From Saccostrea cucullata (taxonomy: Eukaryota), in assembly GCF_032062105.1 (NCBI RefSeq), contig NW_026930103.1, positions 62,001 through 126,000 on the forward strand: 64,000 nt of DNA, in the 5' to 3' direction. Shown here in pieces: positions 63,316 to 64,000 of the stretch. Position 1 is the first letter of the stretch, and every line of letters starts with the position of its first letter. The notes under the pieces are model-generated. The model did no database searches, was not told the DNA's origin, and worked only from the letters and a program-made list of their open reading frames with translations. The translations under genes and the position numbers were made by a program.

Positions 63316-63543
63316 TATCTAATAAAGCAAAGTTTTACATTCTTTCAAGGTTAAAGAATTTTTTTTCAAAATGCAGTTAAAATGTTGGTAAATATTATTT
63401 TAAAGCAGTTATTTTTCAACAAGAAAAGCAAGAAAAAGATTGTCCCGAGAACGTATGATTGTATTCAATTAGTTGATACATTAGAAGACTTCGATAAAAA
63501 CTCAGGTTTTATCACTTATAATTACATTGTAATTTGTACATAG

Positions 63544-63602
63544 AATCAGGAATGTTGGAGAATCTGCTGGAGGGAGACATTGTAGGACAACCATTGCTGA
63601 AT
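63544..63602 (+). CDS. Astacin-family metalloprotease, propeptide exon with EGDI motif
   Basis: ESGMLENLLEGDIVGQPLLN; phase 1-0, GTATGT donor. Confidence 0.8.
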
Positions 63603-63973
63603 GTATGTATACAGGGTTAGATTCTCTACTGTGATAATTTCTTAACTTTAATTAACTGTCGGTAAGTAAACAGGCTTATTATCTAACAAGGTGTGTAAAA
63701 AGGTGAATATTTTATACTCTCGATTTTGGGGATGTGTAAAGAGGTTCCATATTCAGTCAAATTACAAAAAGTAATGTCAATTTTTCTGCTGCCTATAGGT
63801 AGAAATAAAATCAGTTTTTACTTTCCCTCTTTACTACATGAAAAAAAAATTGGCCTGTGCAGTAATTATACTACCTCATATTTTATGTTTCATATACTTT
63901 TGAAAAATGTTTGGAATATATATGCGACACTGCAATGACACGCTCTCAACAAAGAGTTGTTCTTCTTCGCTAG

Positions 63974-64000
63974 AGAGAAAAGAGGAATGCTATTCGTGTG
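63974..64000 (+). CDS. Astacin-family metalloprotease, activation-site exon (continues beyond the window)
   Basis: Pyrimidine-rich TAG acceptor; REKRNAIRV (KR/NAI maturation site). Confidence 0.8.

Overview
AT-rich, intron-containing eukaryotic DNA, most likely a bivalve (oyster-like; inferred from a ~166-bp satellite carried in a Helentron-type element and the mollusc-type repeat set). There are two N gaps (41849-41986, 47133-47393). Genes were reconstructed by hand from GT-AG sites and exon phases. (1) Two tandem, minus-strand, multi-exon paralogues encode a type-I membrane protein (signal peptide, Cys-rich WSC/C-lectin-like ectodomain exons, TM, Tyr-motif tail): copy A 40736->19056 and copy B 13039->117; both carry lesions and heavy intronic TE loads. 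(2) Two intronless GT31 beta-1,3-glycosyltransferase ORFs lie on + (43217-44272, 50404-51489). They are interleaved with (3) a 4-exon minus-strand secreted PAN/Apple + QPD-type C-type lectin (54364->44436), one GT nested in its intron and the other tail-to-tail. (4) An ~868-aa secreted, Cys-free disordered protein (57728->55008). (5) Propeptide exons of an astacin metalloprotease at the right edge, missed by the ORF track. Mobile DNA includes a decayed Ngaro-type tyrosine-recombinase retroelement, a Penelope-like RT relic, a tandem tRNA-LTR miniature retrotransposon, Helentron-type satellite carriers, hAT/Kolobok/TA-type MITEs and a SINE. The most interesting candidate system is the physically interlocked glycosyltransferase ('writer') / galactose-type lectin ('reader') locus; its function is inference only.
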